From: a plasmid
Direction: 5' to 3' (one strand)
NCBI RefSeq assembly: GCF_988243305.1
Contig: NZ_OZ547139.1
Length of the DNA: 64,000 nt
In this document: piece by piece, positions 54,271-63,391 of the stretch
Layout: each line of letters begins with the position of its first letter
Position numbering within the stretch: the stretch's first letter is position 1
Notes under the pieces: model-generated
What the model saw: the letters and a program-made list of their open reading frames with translations, nothing else
Databases searched by the model: none
Told to the model about the DNA's origin: nothing
Made by a program: the position numbers and the translations under genes

Positions 54271-55221
54271 TTATTCTCCTATTGCCTGCTGCAGGCGGGC
54301 ATCGTCTTTGACGACGGAAACCGGGATCACATCACCCGAATCGGCAACGATGGACGGGGTGCCGATAAACCCGAATTTCGCAAATGCCATATTGTTCGCG
54401 TCAACCAGGCGGGCGCCGGTGGTATCCGGGGCTGTTTTCGGATCGTCAATTTTCGGGTTCATGGTGGTGTATCCCATGTTAATCGTGTCTTCCCAGCTTT
54501 TCAGTCGGGTATCTTTCCCGGTATCGAGTACAGGAGCGGCGCGGACCATCGAGCGCAGGTCGCCATAAACGGACACGGGGAAAATCTCGACGTTATAGCG
54601 TTTGCTCAGTTCCTGCAGCCGGGGTTCCAGCGCGCGGCAGTGCGGGCACATCGGATCGGAAAACACATACAGGGTGTGTTTATGCCCGGTTGAAAGCGAG
54701 ATCGTAAAGCGTCCGCTGGTGACGGCATCTTTCAGTGACAGCAAGTCGTTATCAGCCAGTTTTTTAGGGGCTTCAGGTGCTGCCTGAACCTGCAGCTGCT
54801 CCGGCGCAGTGACAGGCTGCTGCAGACCCGGCGCGGGAGCATACGAGTTTGCCTGCAGTGGCTGTGCCGGCTGATGCATATTCATCAACGCGCCGTTGAT
54901 GGAGACGATAAAGCCCAGCGCGGCGACTGGCCAGAAGATAAAGTTAGACAGCCGGCGCACGGCATTGAGTCCGCGCTGCTGTTTCAGCTTTTTACGGATA
55001 TTGTTCAGCGCCTCGATGGCCTGATATTCGTTTTCAAAGCGGAACAGCTGCACCGCTTCACCAGAAAACGTATTGTGCGTCAGGATGTGGCCGCTGCCGG
55101 CATCATGGCCAAGTCCAAAATGACAGGCTGACAGGGGGAAGGAGTGCAGGGCTTGTTCCTGGTAGCTTCCGTCAGCGGAAAGATAAAGTGTGTTGCGATC
55201 GGTTTTTACGGTGAGTTTCAT
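54271..55221 (-). CDS. trbB: TrbB, DsbC/thioredoxin-like periplasmic protein (316 aa from MKLTVKT)
   Basis: CPHC active-site motif (SDPMCPHCRALEP). The start is moved to ATG 55221 (GAGGA upstream). Confidence 0.7.
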   Translation of the reverse strand: MKLTVKTDRNTLYLSADGSYQEQALHSFPLSACHFGLGHDAGSGHILTHNTFSGEAVQLFRFENEYQAIEALNNIRKKLKQQRGLNAVRRLSNFIFWPVAALGFIVSINGALMNMHQPAQPLQANSYAPAPGLQQPVTAPEQLQVQAAPEAPKKLADNDLLSLKDAVTSGRFTISLSTGHKHTLYVFSDPMCPHCRALEPRLQELSKRYNVEIFPVSVYGDLRSMVRAAPVLDTGKDTRLKSWEDTINMGYTTMNPKIDDPKTAPDTTGARLVDANNMAFAKFGFIGTPSIVADSGDVIPVSVVKDDARLQQAIGE

Positions 55222-55231
55222 ACTTCCTCGC

Positions 55232-56539
55232 TTAGAGTTCCAGGTGATCGGGACGGGTTGCCGGCTGAGGTTTAGCCGGCGTCGGTTCATCGTCTGTCAG
55301 TCGCAGACTGTTGTTCGGGGTGTCGTGCGGAGCTGCAGGCGGCGTAGCCGGCTCGTCTTCCGCTTCAGCGTCAGATTCAAATGCAAATGGCGGTATAACG
55401 TCTTCCTGCCAGTGAGCGACCGGAATGGCGGGATCGCGGCGGTCAATATGGCGGTAATGGAGCAGATCCAGCTCAAGGCCCAGCACGGCCGCCCGCACGG
55501 TTGGCGGGAATTTCGCCGCCTTTTCTTCATCGAGCGTCAGCCGGTAACTTTCGCACTGACTCCAGGCAATAACGCCACCTCCTTCAATGAAGAACTTCCC
55601 GCGGCCGGCGCTTGAAAGTGCATACCATAACGTGCGGTCCACGCCTTTCAGCCACCGGAAATTTGCGGATGGCAGCTGCAGGTCATCATCGAACAGCGCG
55701 TAGAGTAGCGAACGGGAGCTGCGGCGCCCCTTTGCAAATTCTCTGAACGCTTCGCACTGGCTGGCGACGGTCCAGAGCCCGGCGGCCAGCGAATAATCAG
55801 GGAAGCCGTCTTTAGTCCGCAGGCAGGAACGGTTGAGATCGTCGAGAATGGATTTAGCCGTTGGCCGGTCGCCCATAAACCGCAGATGTACAAACGAGGC
55901 TGCGAGTGCTTTTTCCCAGGGTGCCAGGGAAAGGGCCGCCCCTTCGGGAGCCAGGTTTACCTGTGACAGGAATACCTTATGTGCGGCTTTTTTACGGAGG
56001 CGGCGTTTAGCGGTATCAATCAGGTTATGTTCCTGGGCAAACTCAACGGGTGACTGCGCGCTGCGTGCTTCTTCCGGATCTTCATTCAGCAGCAGCTGAT
56101 CGAGGTGGCCAAACCGGGCGAGGATATGGGCTATCCCCGGATAGTTTTTTACCATCACCCAGGGCAGGTTCCGGATGGTCAGTTTACGGGTCAGACGGTA
56201 GTAAGGATTGCGCGAGATAACCCAGACGAACAACCCGATGATTAAAATGAACAGGGGAAAGAGCACGCTGGCCGTGTCGTTCATCACGCTGATAAAGTCC
56301 CACAGCGAAACCTGGTGATTATACCGCGCCGCCGACAGCAGCATGTCCCGGCGCTCGGTCGCATTACCCGGTGTAATGGCGTCCGGCAGTACACCGTAGA
56401 TCCAGTAAAGCAGGCGACAGGCTCCGTAAATCACATAATCACGAAAGCCAAACCACATCACTGTGATCATGATGAGAAGGGCCCCGATAATCATCAGGCC
56501 ATCATCCCCTCCCCCTTTCCGTTGTGGCTGGTTTTGCAT
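55232..56539 (-). CDS. trbA: TrbA, DotM/IcmP-like membrane protein (435 aa)
   Basis: N-terminal TM helices; assigned by synteny with trbB/trbC. Confidence 0.65.
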   Translation of the reverse strand: MQNQPQRKGGGDDGLMIIGALLIMITVMWFGFRDYVIYGACRLLYWIYGVLPDAITPGNATERRDMLLSAARYNHQVSLWDFISVMNDTASVLFPLFILIIGLFVWVISRNPYYRLTRKLTIRNLPWVMVKNYPGIAHILARFGHLDQLLLNEDPEEARSAQSPVEFAQEHNLIDTAKRRLRKKAAHKVFLSQVNLAPEGAALSLAPWEKALAASFVHLRFMGDRPTAKSILDDLNRSCLRTKDGFPDYSLAAGLWTVASQCEAFREFAKGRRSSRSLLYALFDDDLQLPSANFRWLKGVDRTLWYALSSAGRGKFFIEGGGVIAWSQCESYRLTLDEEKAAKFPPTVRAAVLGLELDLLHYRHIDRRDPAIPVAHWQEDVIPPFAFESDAEAEDEPATPPAAPHDTPNNSLRLTDDEPTPAKPQPATRPDHLEL

Positions 56540-56934
56540 CAGAACCTCAGAGAATTTTGGTAAACCTTCCCGATATACCAGGCCTTACGCGCCGGCGTAT
56601 TGGAGTGATAGCGGCCGACACCCTGCCAGAAATCCCCCCCTTCGAGAATGATGTTGTATTTGAGGATGTAGGCACTGGCCATTGCAGAGGCGCAAAAGTC
56701 GTGCTGCAGCTGCTCCGCTCTCACACCAAAATCAGCCGCCAGCTTATTCGCCCAGATGGTGTTTATCTGGAATGCGCCGTAATCGTAAGTACCGTTTTTG
56801 TTTTTATTTTTCATTCCCGGTTTCCCGCCTTCAGTCAGCCACAAGGCGAGGAATCCACGGAGAGGAATGTGATAAATCTGTGCTGCTTCAACCATGCAGG
56901 TTGGCAGCGGGATTGAGGGCGGGGCATCAACCAT
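56539..56934 (-). CDS. trbN: TrbN, lytic transglycosylase-like protein (131 aa)
   Basis: SLT-like pattern (YDYGAFQINTIW...GRYHS). First gene of the trb cluster. Confidence 0.65.
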   Translation of the reverse strand: MVDAPPSIPLPTCMVEAAQIYHIPLRGFLALWLTEGGKPGMKNKNKNGTYDYGAFQINTIWANKLAADFGVRAEQLQHDFCASAMASAYILKYNIILEGGDFWQGVGRYHSNTPARKAWYIGKVYQNSLRF

Positions 56935-57038
56935 AACAATCTCCTAATGATTTCTATTTCGAGTAAAAAATATACCATCAAAAGGAGATTTTTTTAAATC
57001 ATTTTGGTGCGCATAATTGAGAGGGTGTCAGAGGAATT

Positions 57039-57389
57039 TTATTTGCCTTCGACAGAGACAATGTTGCCCTCATTCGCATTTTCCCATGTCGGGATTTCGC
57101 CACTCAGCGTGCAGCGAAGCGTCTCTTTTCCGACGGTAAGCCGTGCGCCACTGCTGTAGTAATGACTTTCATACAGGCAGGCGGTTTTCTTTTGTTCCGG
57201 GGTCAGTGTAAGACTGGCATTCTGATCCTTTGCCAGCAGTTGTACAAGATGTTGGTTTGTCTGTACCTGTTCACCCAGAATGCTGCTGAGCAACGAATCG
57301 GTTTTCGGCGCGGATACACTCTGAGCAAAGGCACTGCAACTGATTACGGATGCGGTCAGAATGAGAGCAATCTTCGTGTTGGATTTCAT
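57039..57389 (-). CDS. Small exported protein of unknown function (116 aa from MKSNTKIAL)
   Basis: Signal peptide MKSNTKIALILTASVISCSAFA. Confidence 0.55.
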   Translation of the reverse strand: MKSNTKIALILTASVISCSAFAQSVSAPKTDSLLSSILGEQVQTNQHLVQLLAKDQNASLTLTPEQKKTACLYESHYYSSGARLTVGKETLRCTLSGEIPTWENANEGNIVSVEGK

Positions 57390-57501
57390 TTCACTTTCTC
57401 CATTAAAAAAATCGGTAATCATTTTCTGGATCATTTAAATTAGGTCTGAAAACCGGCCTGAGTGTCAAGCCGATTCTGTTTAAAAATTAACAGGGGATAA
57501 A

Positions 57502-58155
57502 ATGATTCAGTCACGTAATAAATATCTGCAATTTATGCTGGTTCTGCTGGCAGCCTGGGCCATAGCCTGGGGGGCCCTGTTTGTCATGGGGCAGACCGTT
57601 CTGCTCTATGGGCTGGGGAAAAATACGCTGTTCTTCATTCATGGTGCTGTTCTGGTGTACCTGCTGTGTGTGTTCCTGGTTTACCGCCGCTGGGTCGCAC
57701 CGCTACCGGTTGTTGGCCAGCTGCGTAACGTTGGCGCACCGTGGCTGGTCGGTGCGATGGCCGTGGTGTATGTCGGAGAATTTCTGCTGGGTAAAGTGCT
57801 GGACCTGCCCGCTGAGCCGTTTATGACGAAACTTTTTGCCGATAAATCCATACCCGACGTGATCCTGACGTTGCTGGCCATCTTTATCCTTGCACCGCTG
57901 AATGAGGAAACGCTGTTCCGGGGGATCATGCTGAACGTCTTCCGTTCACGGTACCGCTGGACGATGTGGCTGGGGGCGCTGATAACGTCATTGCTGTTCG
58001 TCGCCGCGCACAGCCAGTATCAGAACCTGCTGACCCTGGCAGAACTGTTCCTGGTGGGGTTGATTACATCAGCTGCCCGGATCAGAAGCGGCGGCCTGCT
58101 GCTGCCGGTATTGCTGCATATGGAAGCAACCGCGCTGGGTTTACTGTTTGGCTGA
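57502..58155 (+). CDS. CPBP-family (CAAX/Abi) intramembrane metalloprotease (217 aa)
   Basis: Motifs PLNEETLFRG, FVAAHSQY and LLHMEATA in a polytopic protein. Confidence 0.75.
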   Translation: MIQSRNKYLQFMLVLLAAWAIAWGALFVMGQTVLLYGLGKNTLFFIHGAVLVYLLCVFLVYRRWVAPLPVVGQLRNVGAPWLVGAMAVVYVGEFLLGKVLDLPAEPFMTKLFADKSIPDVILTLLAIFILAPLNEETLFRGIMLNVFRSRYRWTMWLGALITSLLFVAAHSQYQNLLTLAELFLVGLITSAARIRSGGLLLPVLLHMEATALGLLFG

Positions 58156-58247
58156 AAGTTATATTTTTATTAAACATTGCGCGTTAAAGCCTGGTATGTT
58201 TTTTTAGTGGATGTTATATTTAAATATAACTTTTATGGAGGTGAACA

Positions 58248-58505
58248 ATGCATACCACCCGACTGAAGAAGGTTGGCGGCTCAGTTATGCTGACCGTTCC
58301 ACCGGCACTGCTGAATGCGCTGTCGCTGGGTACAGATAATGAAGTTGGCATGGTCATTGATAATGGCCGGCTGATTGTGGAGCCGCACAGACGCCCGCAG
58401 TATTCACTGGCTGAGCTACTAGCGCAGTGCGATCCGAATGCTGAAATCTCGGCTGAAGAACGTGAATGGCTGGATGCGCCGGTGGCTGGTCAGGAGGAAA
58501 TCTGA
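58248..58505 (+). CDS. pemI: PemI antitoxin (MazE/AbrB fold)
   Basis: MHTTRLKKVGGSVMLTVPPALLNALSLGTDNEVGMVIDNGRLIVEP, near-identical to R100 PemI as remembered. Confidence 0.9.
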   Translation: MHTTRLKKVGGSVMLTVPPALLNALSLGTDNEVGMVIDNGRLIVEPHRRPQYSLAELLAQCDPNAEISAEEREWLDAPVAGQEEI

Positions 58506-58506
58506 C

Positions 58507-58839
58507 ATGGAAAGAGGGGAAATCTGGCTTGTCTCGCTTGACCCTACCGCAGGTCATGAGCAGCAGGGAACGCGGCCGGTGCTGATTGTCACGCCGGCTG
58601 CTTTTAACCGCGTGACCCGTCTGCCTGTTGTTGTGCCCGTGACCAGCGGAGGCAATTTTGCCCGCACTGCTGGCTTTGCGGTGTCGCTGGACGGCGCCGG
58701 CATACGTACCACCGGCGTTGTGCGTTGCGATCAACCCCGGACGATCGATATGAAAGCCCGCGGCGGCAAACGACTCGAACGGGTGCCAGAGGCTATCATG
58801 GATGACGTTCTTGGTCGTCTGGCCACGATTCTGACTTGA
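58507..58839 (+). CDS. pemK: PemK toxin (MazF-family endoribonuclease, 110 aa)
   Basis: MERGEIWLVSLDPTAGHEQQGTRPVLIV...; the ATG lies 1 nt after the pemI stop. Confidence 0.9.
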   Translation: MERGEIWLVSLDPTAGHEQQGTRPVLIVTPAAFNRVTRLPVVVPVTSGGNFARTAGFAVSLDGAGIRTTGVVRCDQPRTIDMKARGGKRLERVPEAIMDDVLGRLATILT

Positions 58840-58864
58840 CCCATTGTTTCGACAGAGAACCATC

Positions 58865-59092
58865 ATGATGAAATCAGGAAATTTGATAAGGTATTTGTGG
58901 TTTTTTATCTGCGTTGTCACATGCCTGGTGATGGCGTATTTATGCAGCATGGTTAATCCATATGATGACAGAACTTTGTCCTCCGCCTTTACCAGCTTTC
59001 TGAGGCCAATCGGGGCCGGGTTTGGTACGGCGATTGTCCTTATCCTGATCACTAGCATTGCGCGAGAGCTGCGGTGTTTCTGCAATAAATAA
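58865..59092 (+). CDS. Small two-TM membrane protein of unknown function (75 aa)
   Basis: ORF with hydrophobic helices; start uncertain (58844 or 58865). Confidence 0.45.
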   Translation: MMKSGNLIRYLWFFICVVTCLVMAYLCSMVNPYDDRTLSSAFTSFLRPIGAGFGTAIVLILITSIARELRCFCNK

Positions 59093-59148
59093 AAGCGTGC
59101 CGGCCCGATATTTATGCCGGCATTGCCTGTTTCCTGAAGTCTGCAATA

Positions 59149-59168
59149 TACTGTATATAAAAACAGTT
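59149..59168. promoter_or_regulatory. LexA box of mucAB
   Basis: TACTGTATATAAAAACAGTT (CTG-N10-CAG), 16 nt upstream of mucA. Confidence 0.85.
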
Positions 59169-59183
59169 ATTGGAGGCTAGATT

Positions 59184-59618
59184 ATGGCGCTGGATCTCGT
59201 TTATCCCCGGCCTTCAGTGGAAGGCGCCGCACTTCCTTTTTTTGCCGAACCCGTTGCGGCCGGCTTTCCCAGTCCGGCCGCAGGCTATGAGGCAAATGAA
59301 CTTAACCTGCATGATTACTGCGTGCGGCGTCCGGCCGCAACGTACTTCTTGCGTGTGTCCGGAGATTCTATGCGTGATGCCCGCATTCATGATGGCGATG
59401 TGCTGGTCGTCGATCGGGCAGAAGAGCCCCGGCACGGCAGCATCGTGATTGCCAGCATCGATAATGAATTTACGGTCAAGCAGCTGCAGCTCCGCCCTTA
59501 CCCCTGCCTGATGCCGCTGAATCCGGCTTTTCCGCCAATCAGGTTTGATCCGGAGGCGCTGCAGATATGGGGTGTGGTTACGTTCACTGTTATGAGTCAC
59601 CGCCCGTGTACGCCTTAA
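59184..59618 (+). CDS. mucA: MucA (UmuD-like, S24 self-cleaving peptidase)
   Basis: [30 protein letters not shown]. Confidence 0.9.
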   Translation: MALDLVYPRPSVEGAALPFFAEPVAAGFPSPAAGYEANELNLHDYCVRRPAATYFLRVSGDSMRDARIHDGDVLVVDRAEEPRHGSIVIASIDNEFTVKQLQLRPYPCLMPLNPAFPPIRFDPEALQIWGVVTFTVMSHRPCTP

Positions 59619-60871
59619 TCGACGTCAATTCGATGTACTGCAGCTGCGAAGAGGCGTTCCGCCCTGATTTGCGGGGGCGCCCTGTGGTCGTCCTCAGCAA
59701 CAACGACGGGGCGCTTGTTGCGGTCAATCGCGCGGCGAAAGCGCTGGGAGTGCGCCGCGGGGAACCCTATTTCCGCTGCCGTCGCCTGCTGGAACAGCAT
59801 AACGTCGCCGTATTCAGTTCCAACTACACCCTTTACGCCTCATTCTCCGCCAGATTTGCAACCGTAGTGGAAAGTCTGGCGCCGCGGACGTTTGTTTACT
59901 CAATTGATGAGCTCTTTGCGGATGCGTCTCACATGGAGGGCGTGATGTCGCCGCAGGCGTTTGGCCAGCTTTTGCGGGCTGAAGTGCTGCGCCAGACAAC
60001 GCTCACCTGTGGAGTGGGCGTCGCGCCAACGAAGACGCTGGCCAAGCTGTGCAACCACGCCGCAAAGACGTGGCCTGCCACCGGGGGGGTTGTGGCGCTC
60101 AGTGATCCTGTGAGACTGAAAAGGCTGATGAGCCTGGTGTCGGCCGGCGATGTGTGGGGGGTTGGCCATCGTACCGAAAAAGGGCTGGCGACAATGGGGA
60201 TCAAAACGGCGCTGGCGCTCGCAGAGATGGATATCCGACTTGCACGCCGGCTGTACGGTGTGACGCTGGAACGGACCATCCGTGAGCTGCGTGGCGAGGC
60301 CTGCTTTGCCCTGGAAGAAGGTACCGGCGCGAAACAGCAGCTTGTTGTATCCCGCTCGTTTGGATCGCGGGTCACGCAACTGGCGCAGATGCAGCAGGCG
60401 GTGACTAAATATGCCACACGGGCAGGGGAAAAGTTGCGCCAGGAAAACCGTCTGGCGAAGGTGGTAACGGTCTTTATCCGCAGCAGTGCTTATGACGCCG
60501 GCGGTGTGCCCTACAGTAACCAGGCTACGGAAGTGCTTTCCGTGCCAAGCCAGGATACCCGCGACATCATCGCCGCGGCGCAGCTGGGGCTGTCGCGTAT
60601 CTGGCGTGAGGGTGTGCGGTATGCAAAAGCCGGCGTGATGCTCAGCGATCTGCAGGGACATGAAACCCAGCTGGATCTGTTTGCGCCGGCTGCAGTGCGG
60701 CCGGGCAGCGAAAAACTGATGGCCACCATCGACAAAATAAACAGGGAAGGAAGGTCAAGGGTCTTCTTCGCCGGGGAAGGTATTGATCCGGAATATGCCA
60801 TGCGCCGTGAAATGTTGTCTCCGGCCTACACCACGCAGTGGAAGGATATTCCCGCGGCGTTTATGCGATAA
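59606..60871 (+). CDS. mucB: MucB (UmuC-like Y-family polymerase, GTG start, 421 aa)
   Basis: (V)[34 protein letters not shown] aligns with the UmuC N-terminus. Overlaps the mucA end. Confidence 0.9.
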   Translation: MYALIDVNSMYCSCEEAFRPDLRGRPVVVLSNNDGALVAVNRAAKALGVRRGEPYFRCRRLLEQHNVAVFSSNYTLYASFSARFATVVESLAPRTFVYSIDELFADASHMEGVMSPQAFGQLLRAEVLRQTTLTCGVGVAPTKTLAKLCNHAAKTWPATGGVVALSDPVRLKRLMSLVSAGDVWGVGHRTEKGLATMGIKTALALAEMDIRLARRLYGVTLERTIRELRGEACFALEEGTGAKQQLVVSRSFGSRVTQLAQMQQAVTKYATRAGEKLRQENRLAKVVTVFIRSSAYDAGGVPYSNQATEVLSVPSQDTRDIIAAAQLGLSRIWREGVRYAKAGVMLSDLQGHETQLDLFAPAAVRPGSEKLMATIDKINREGRSRVFFAGEGIDPEYAMRREMLSPAYTTQWKDIPAAFMR

Positions 60872-60893
60872 CAGCGATGTGCAGGCCAGTCTG

Positions 60894-61742
60894 TCAGCCC
60901 TGCAGCCGTTCCTGCTCCTGCAGCAATGCCAGATGGTATGCGGCAATGGCGTTCACCACCCCGGCCGTCATCCGTGCATCGGCGATTGCCGAGTGTGCCT
61001 CCCCTTCCCAGGCCAATGCTGCCTGACTGGCCGCGCTGGCCAGCGAAATGGTGCCATAGCGATTGGTGGCCCCAAAATACCCTGCTGCCAGCTCCATCGC
61101 GCAATATACTGTCAGTTCTCCCAGCCAGTCGGCCGGATCGCCATGTGCGGCGGCCGTCTGTTTCAGAATGCGGGTATCAAAGGGGGCGTTAAAGATAATC
61201 ACTGGCCGGTCCCCGATGGCGTGTCGCAGCTGCAGCGCCACATCTGGCCAGGATGGTGCGCCGCTGAGTGCCGGCTCATCGATACCATGCACGGCGGCGG
61301 CCTGCGCCTCGATGGCGACCGTCGGCTTCAGGCGGGTTTCAAATATCACCCGGCCGGCCGCATCGGTCAGGCCGATTTCCAGCGCTTCTGCGGTATTACC
61401 CAGCCCCGTCGTTTCGGTATCCAGAAAGAGCGGCGCCAGACTCAGCCAGTCGTGTGCCCGCCGTGCCATCCGGCCACTGGTGCTGTTAAGCCGGGACAGG
61501 ACGGAAAGACGCAGGCCGGCCTGCTGCTGCTTCTCGGTCGGCGGCCGTTTTTCCCGCATCGGAACACAGTCTGCAATGCGGTATACGGCGTACTTGCCGC
61601 CATAGGCGCTTTTGTACCATTTCACCGGCTCAGCACCGGGAGCCGGCTTCATTCTGAATTCATCGCGCAGGCGCCCTTTCGTGAAGCACCGATCGCCGGC
61701 TATCGCCTCTGCGCGTCGTGTGGCCAGCTCATCATTCTTCAT
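60894..61742 (-). CDS. DEDDh (DnaQ-like) 3'-5' exonuclease with a ~95-aa N-terminal extension (282 aa)
   Basis: Exo motifs LFLDTETTGL, VIIFNAPFDTRIL, HSAIADA. Confidence 0.8.
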   Translation of the reverse strand: MKNDELATRRAEAIAGDRCFTKGRLRDEFRMKPAPGAEPVKWYKSAYGGKYAVYRIADCVPMREKRPPTEKQQQAGLRLSVLSRLNSTSGRMARRAHDWLSLAPLFLDTETTGLGNTAEALEIGLTDAAGRVIFETRLKPTVAIEAQAAAVHGIDEPALSGAPSWPDVALQLRHAIGDRPVIIFNAPFDTRILKQTAAAHGDPADWLGELTVYCAMELAAGYFGATNRYGTISLASAASQAALAWEGEAHSAIADARMTAGVVNAIAAYHLALLQEQERLQG

Positions 61743-61744
61743 GG

Positions 61745-62065
61745 TTATTCCATCTCCGTCAGGCGTTTGTGATAAACCTCTCTGGCGATCTCCAGGCCTG
61801 CCTCTGTCAGCCCAAACGCGAGCGTCAGTGACTGATTATCCCGGTATTTGCTGAGCAGGCCGTGACGGTTCAGCGTATGGCAGGAGCGACGAAAATTGGT
61901 ATCGGCAACGGGCTGGAGGCGTCCCTTATTGAGGATGCTGAAAAGCTGCATCGCCGGGAACGGGCCCGCCAGCTGACGTTCTGCCAGACCATACAGAACA
62001 AACAATACGTCTTTTTGCACACCGGAGAGCCGCATCGAGGGGGCTTTACTTTGCATCTTATTCAT
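61745..62065 (-). CDS. Winged-helix DNA-binding protein (106 aa), coupled to the exonuclease gene
   Basis: The stop lies 2 nt before the exonuclease ATG. Two palindromes sit in its upstream region. Confidence 0.55.
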   Translation of the reverse strand: MNKMQSKAPSMRLSGVQKDVLFVLYGLAERQLAGPFPAMQLFSILNKGRLQPVADTNFRRSCHTLNRHGLLSKYRDNQSLTLAFGLTEAGLEIAREVYHKRLTEME

Positions 62066-62209
62066 GTGTCACGTCATTAAGGAATTAATGACAAAGTAAC
62101 CTAATTGATGTGAGACATCAATAATATTGTGTTCATAACGGGAAATCAGGAGTCCGAAAAAGAAAATGCCGCTCTTGACGGCGGCTTGTTTTCCCTGGTG
62201 TCGGGAGAA

Positions 62210-62902
62210 TTATGGTTTCTGGTCTGGGTCAATGCGCAGGGCGCTGTCTGTGAGCAAATCCAGTGCTGCCGTCAGATGCTGACTCCGCCCGCCGTGATAA
62301 TCCGGCCACGGAAGAAAGGGTTTTGACGTATCAGACATGAACATGATACCGGTCGGGCAGCGCCACTCCGTGGGGGTTCCCTTGTTGTAATGAACCAGCA
62401 GTACTGAACGGTCACACTGCACGTCATTACTGTCATCGTTGTTCAGTACAAAAGTGGCCACGATGCCGGCATCGGGCCTGGACACAAAAAGCAGGCTGTT
62501 GGCAAAAATAACGGCAATCACCACTGAGGCAATGGCCGCACCGGTATACCAGAAACGGCCGTTTTTCCAGGCCCGATAGCCATACAGAATGCACAGCAGA
62601 ATGGCGGCAGCGATACCTGCCCACTGCGCACCGACTGACAGGCGGGAGAGTGCATCCATCGATAACGGCCGGCTCAGCGCATAAAATGTGACAAGGAAAG
62701 GTGAAGCCAGCGCCAGCGTCAGCAGAACGAAAACGAGGGGTAAGAAGCGGTTGCCGGTATAGCTCCCATTGCCAAGCGCCGTCATCGTGCGGATCATCTC
62801 ACTGAACGCCATGATCATCATAAAGCAGCATAAAGCCATGTATAACATTAAAACATCCCCAAACTGTCCGCGTGATATGGCCGGATTTTCGGCCTGTTCC
62901 AC
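62210..62902 (-). CDS. Polytopic membrane protein with a C-terminal soluble domain (230 aa), unknown function
   Basis: 4-5 hydrophobic helices in the translation. Confidence 0.55.
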   Translation of the reverse strand: MEQAENPAISRGQFGDVLMLYMALCCFMMIMAFSEMIRTMTALGNGSYTGNRFLPLVFVLLTLALASPFLVTFYALSRPLSMDALSRLSVGAQWAGIAAAILLCILYGYRAWKNGRFWYTGAAIASVVIAVIFANSLLFVSRPDAGIVATFVLNNDDSNDVQCDRSVLLVHYNKGTPTEWRCPTGIMFMSDTSKPFLPWPDYHGGRSQHLTAALDLLTDSALRIDPDQKP

Positions 62903-62916
62903 ATAGTCCCGACCCC

Positions 62917-63126
62917 TTATCGGGGTGCATAGCCCTCTTCAGCCAGTGCTTTCATGATCTGGTTGATTCCATCCATCATCAGATATGCCTCAATATCTGA
63001 CGTCGCCAGGCCGCGGCAGTCACTGAATCCCAGCCGCTTAACCAGTTGCGCCAGAGCCTGCGCTTCTCTGTGTGTCAGCTGTATATTCACTTCAACGGGT
63101 TTTTCGTGGCGAATTTCATCTTTCAT
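62917..63126 (-). CDS. Small protein of unknown function (69 aa from MKDEIRHEKP)
   Basis: The internal Met start fits the stop of the upstream gene at 63129. Confidence 0.45.
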   Translation of the reverse strand: MKDEIRHEKPVEVNIQLTHREAQALAQLVKRLGFSDCRGLATSDIEAYLMMDGINQIMKALAEEGYAPR

Positions 63127-63128
63127 GG

Positions 63129-63347
63129 TCAGAGTCCTTTTTTGATGTTTCGTGAAATGTACCAGGCTTCTTTTGCCTGAGCTACAGCCCAGATCCAGAC
63201 GAGAGTTGACACAATGCACAGCCCCGTCATGTTCCAGAAATGACCTGTCGTATATTCATGGCCATGAAGCAGGAGGCCGGCGCCGGCCGCCAGGCTCATG
63301 ACCAGGAAAAGGACGGCTGCGCCGGCGTGATAAATGATGCTGAACAT
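63129..63347 (-). CDS. Small two-TM membrane protein (72 aa)
   Basis: Hydrophobic ORF. Confidence 0.45.
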   Translation of the reverse strand: MFSIIYHAGAAVLFLVMSLAAGAGLLLHGHEYTTGHFWNMTGLCIVSTLVWIWAVAQAKEAWYISRNIKKGL

Positions 63348-63391
63348 GTAAAACCCCCTTCTGGCGACGGTAGCGCCAGTCTCTGTCTGTA

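Noticed and set aside
53834-54693. 244-aa and 243-aa plus-strand ORFs
   Set aside because: They are antisense to trbC/trbB, have no SD and show a biased Arg/Ser/Gly composition.
58354-59085. 243-aa minus-strand ORF across pemK and the next gene
   Set aside because: It is antisense to the well-recognised pemI/pemK pair, and its composition is not protein-like.
59900-61772. 253-aa and 162-aa minus-strand ORFs opposite mucB, and a 329-aa plus-strand ORF opposite the exonuclease gene
   Set aside because: They are antisense to genes with strong family motifs (UmuC-like, DEDDh). The region is GC-rich, which inflates spurious ORF length.
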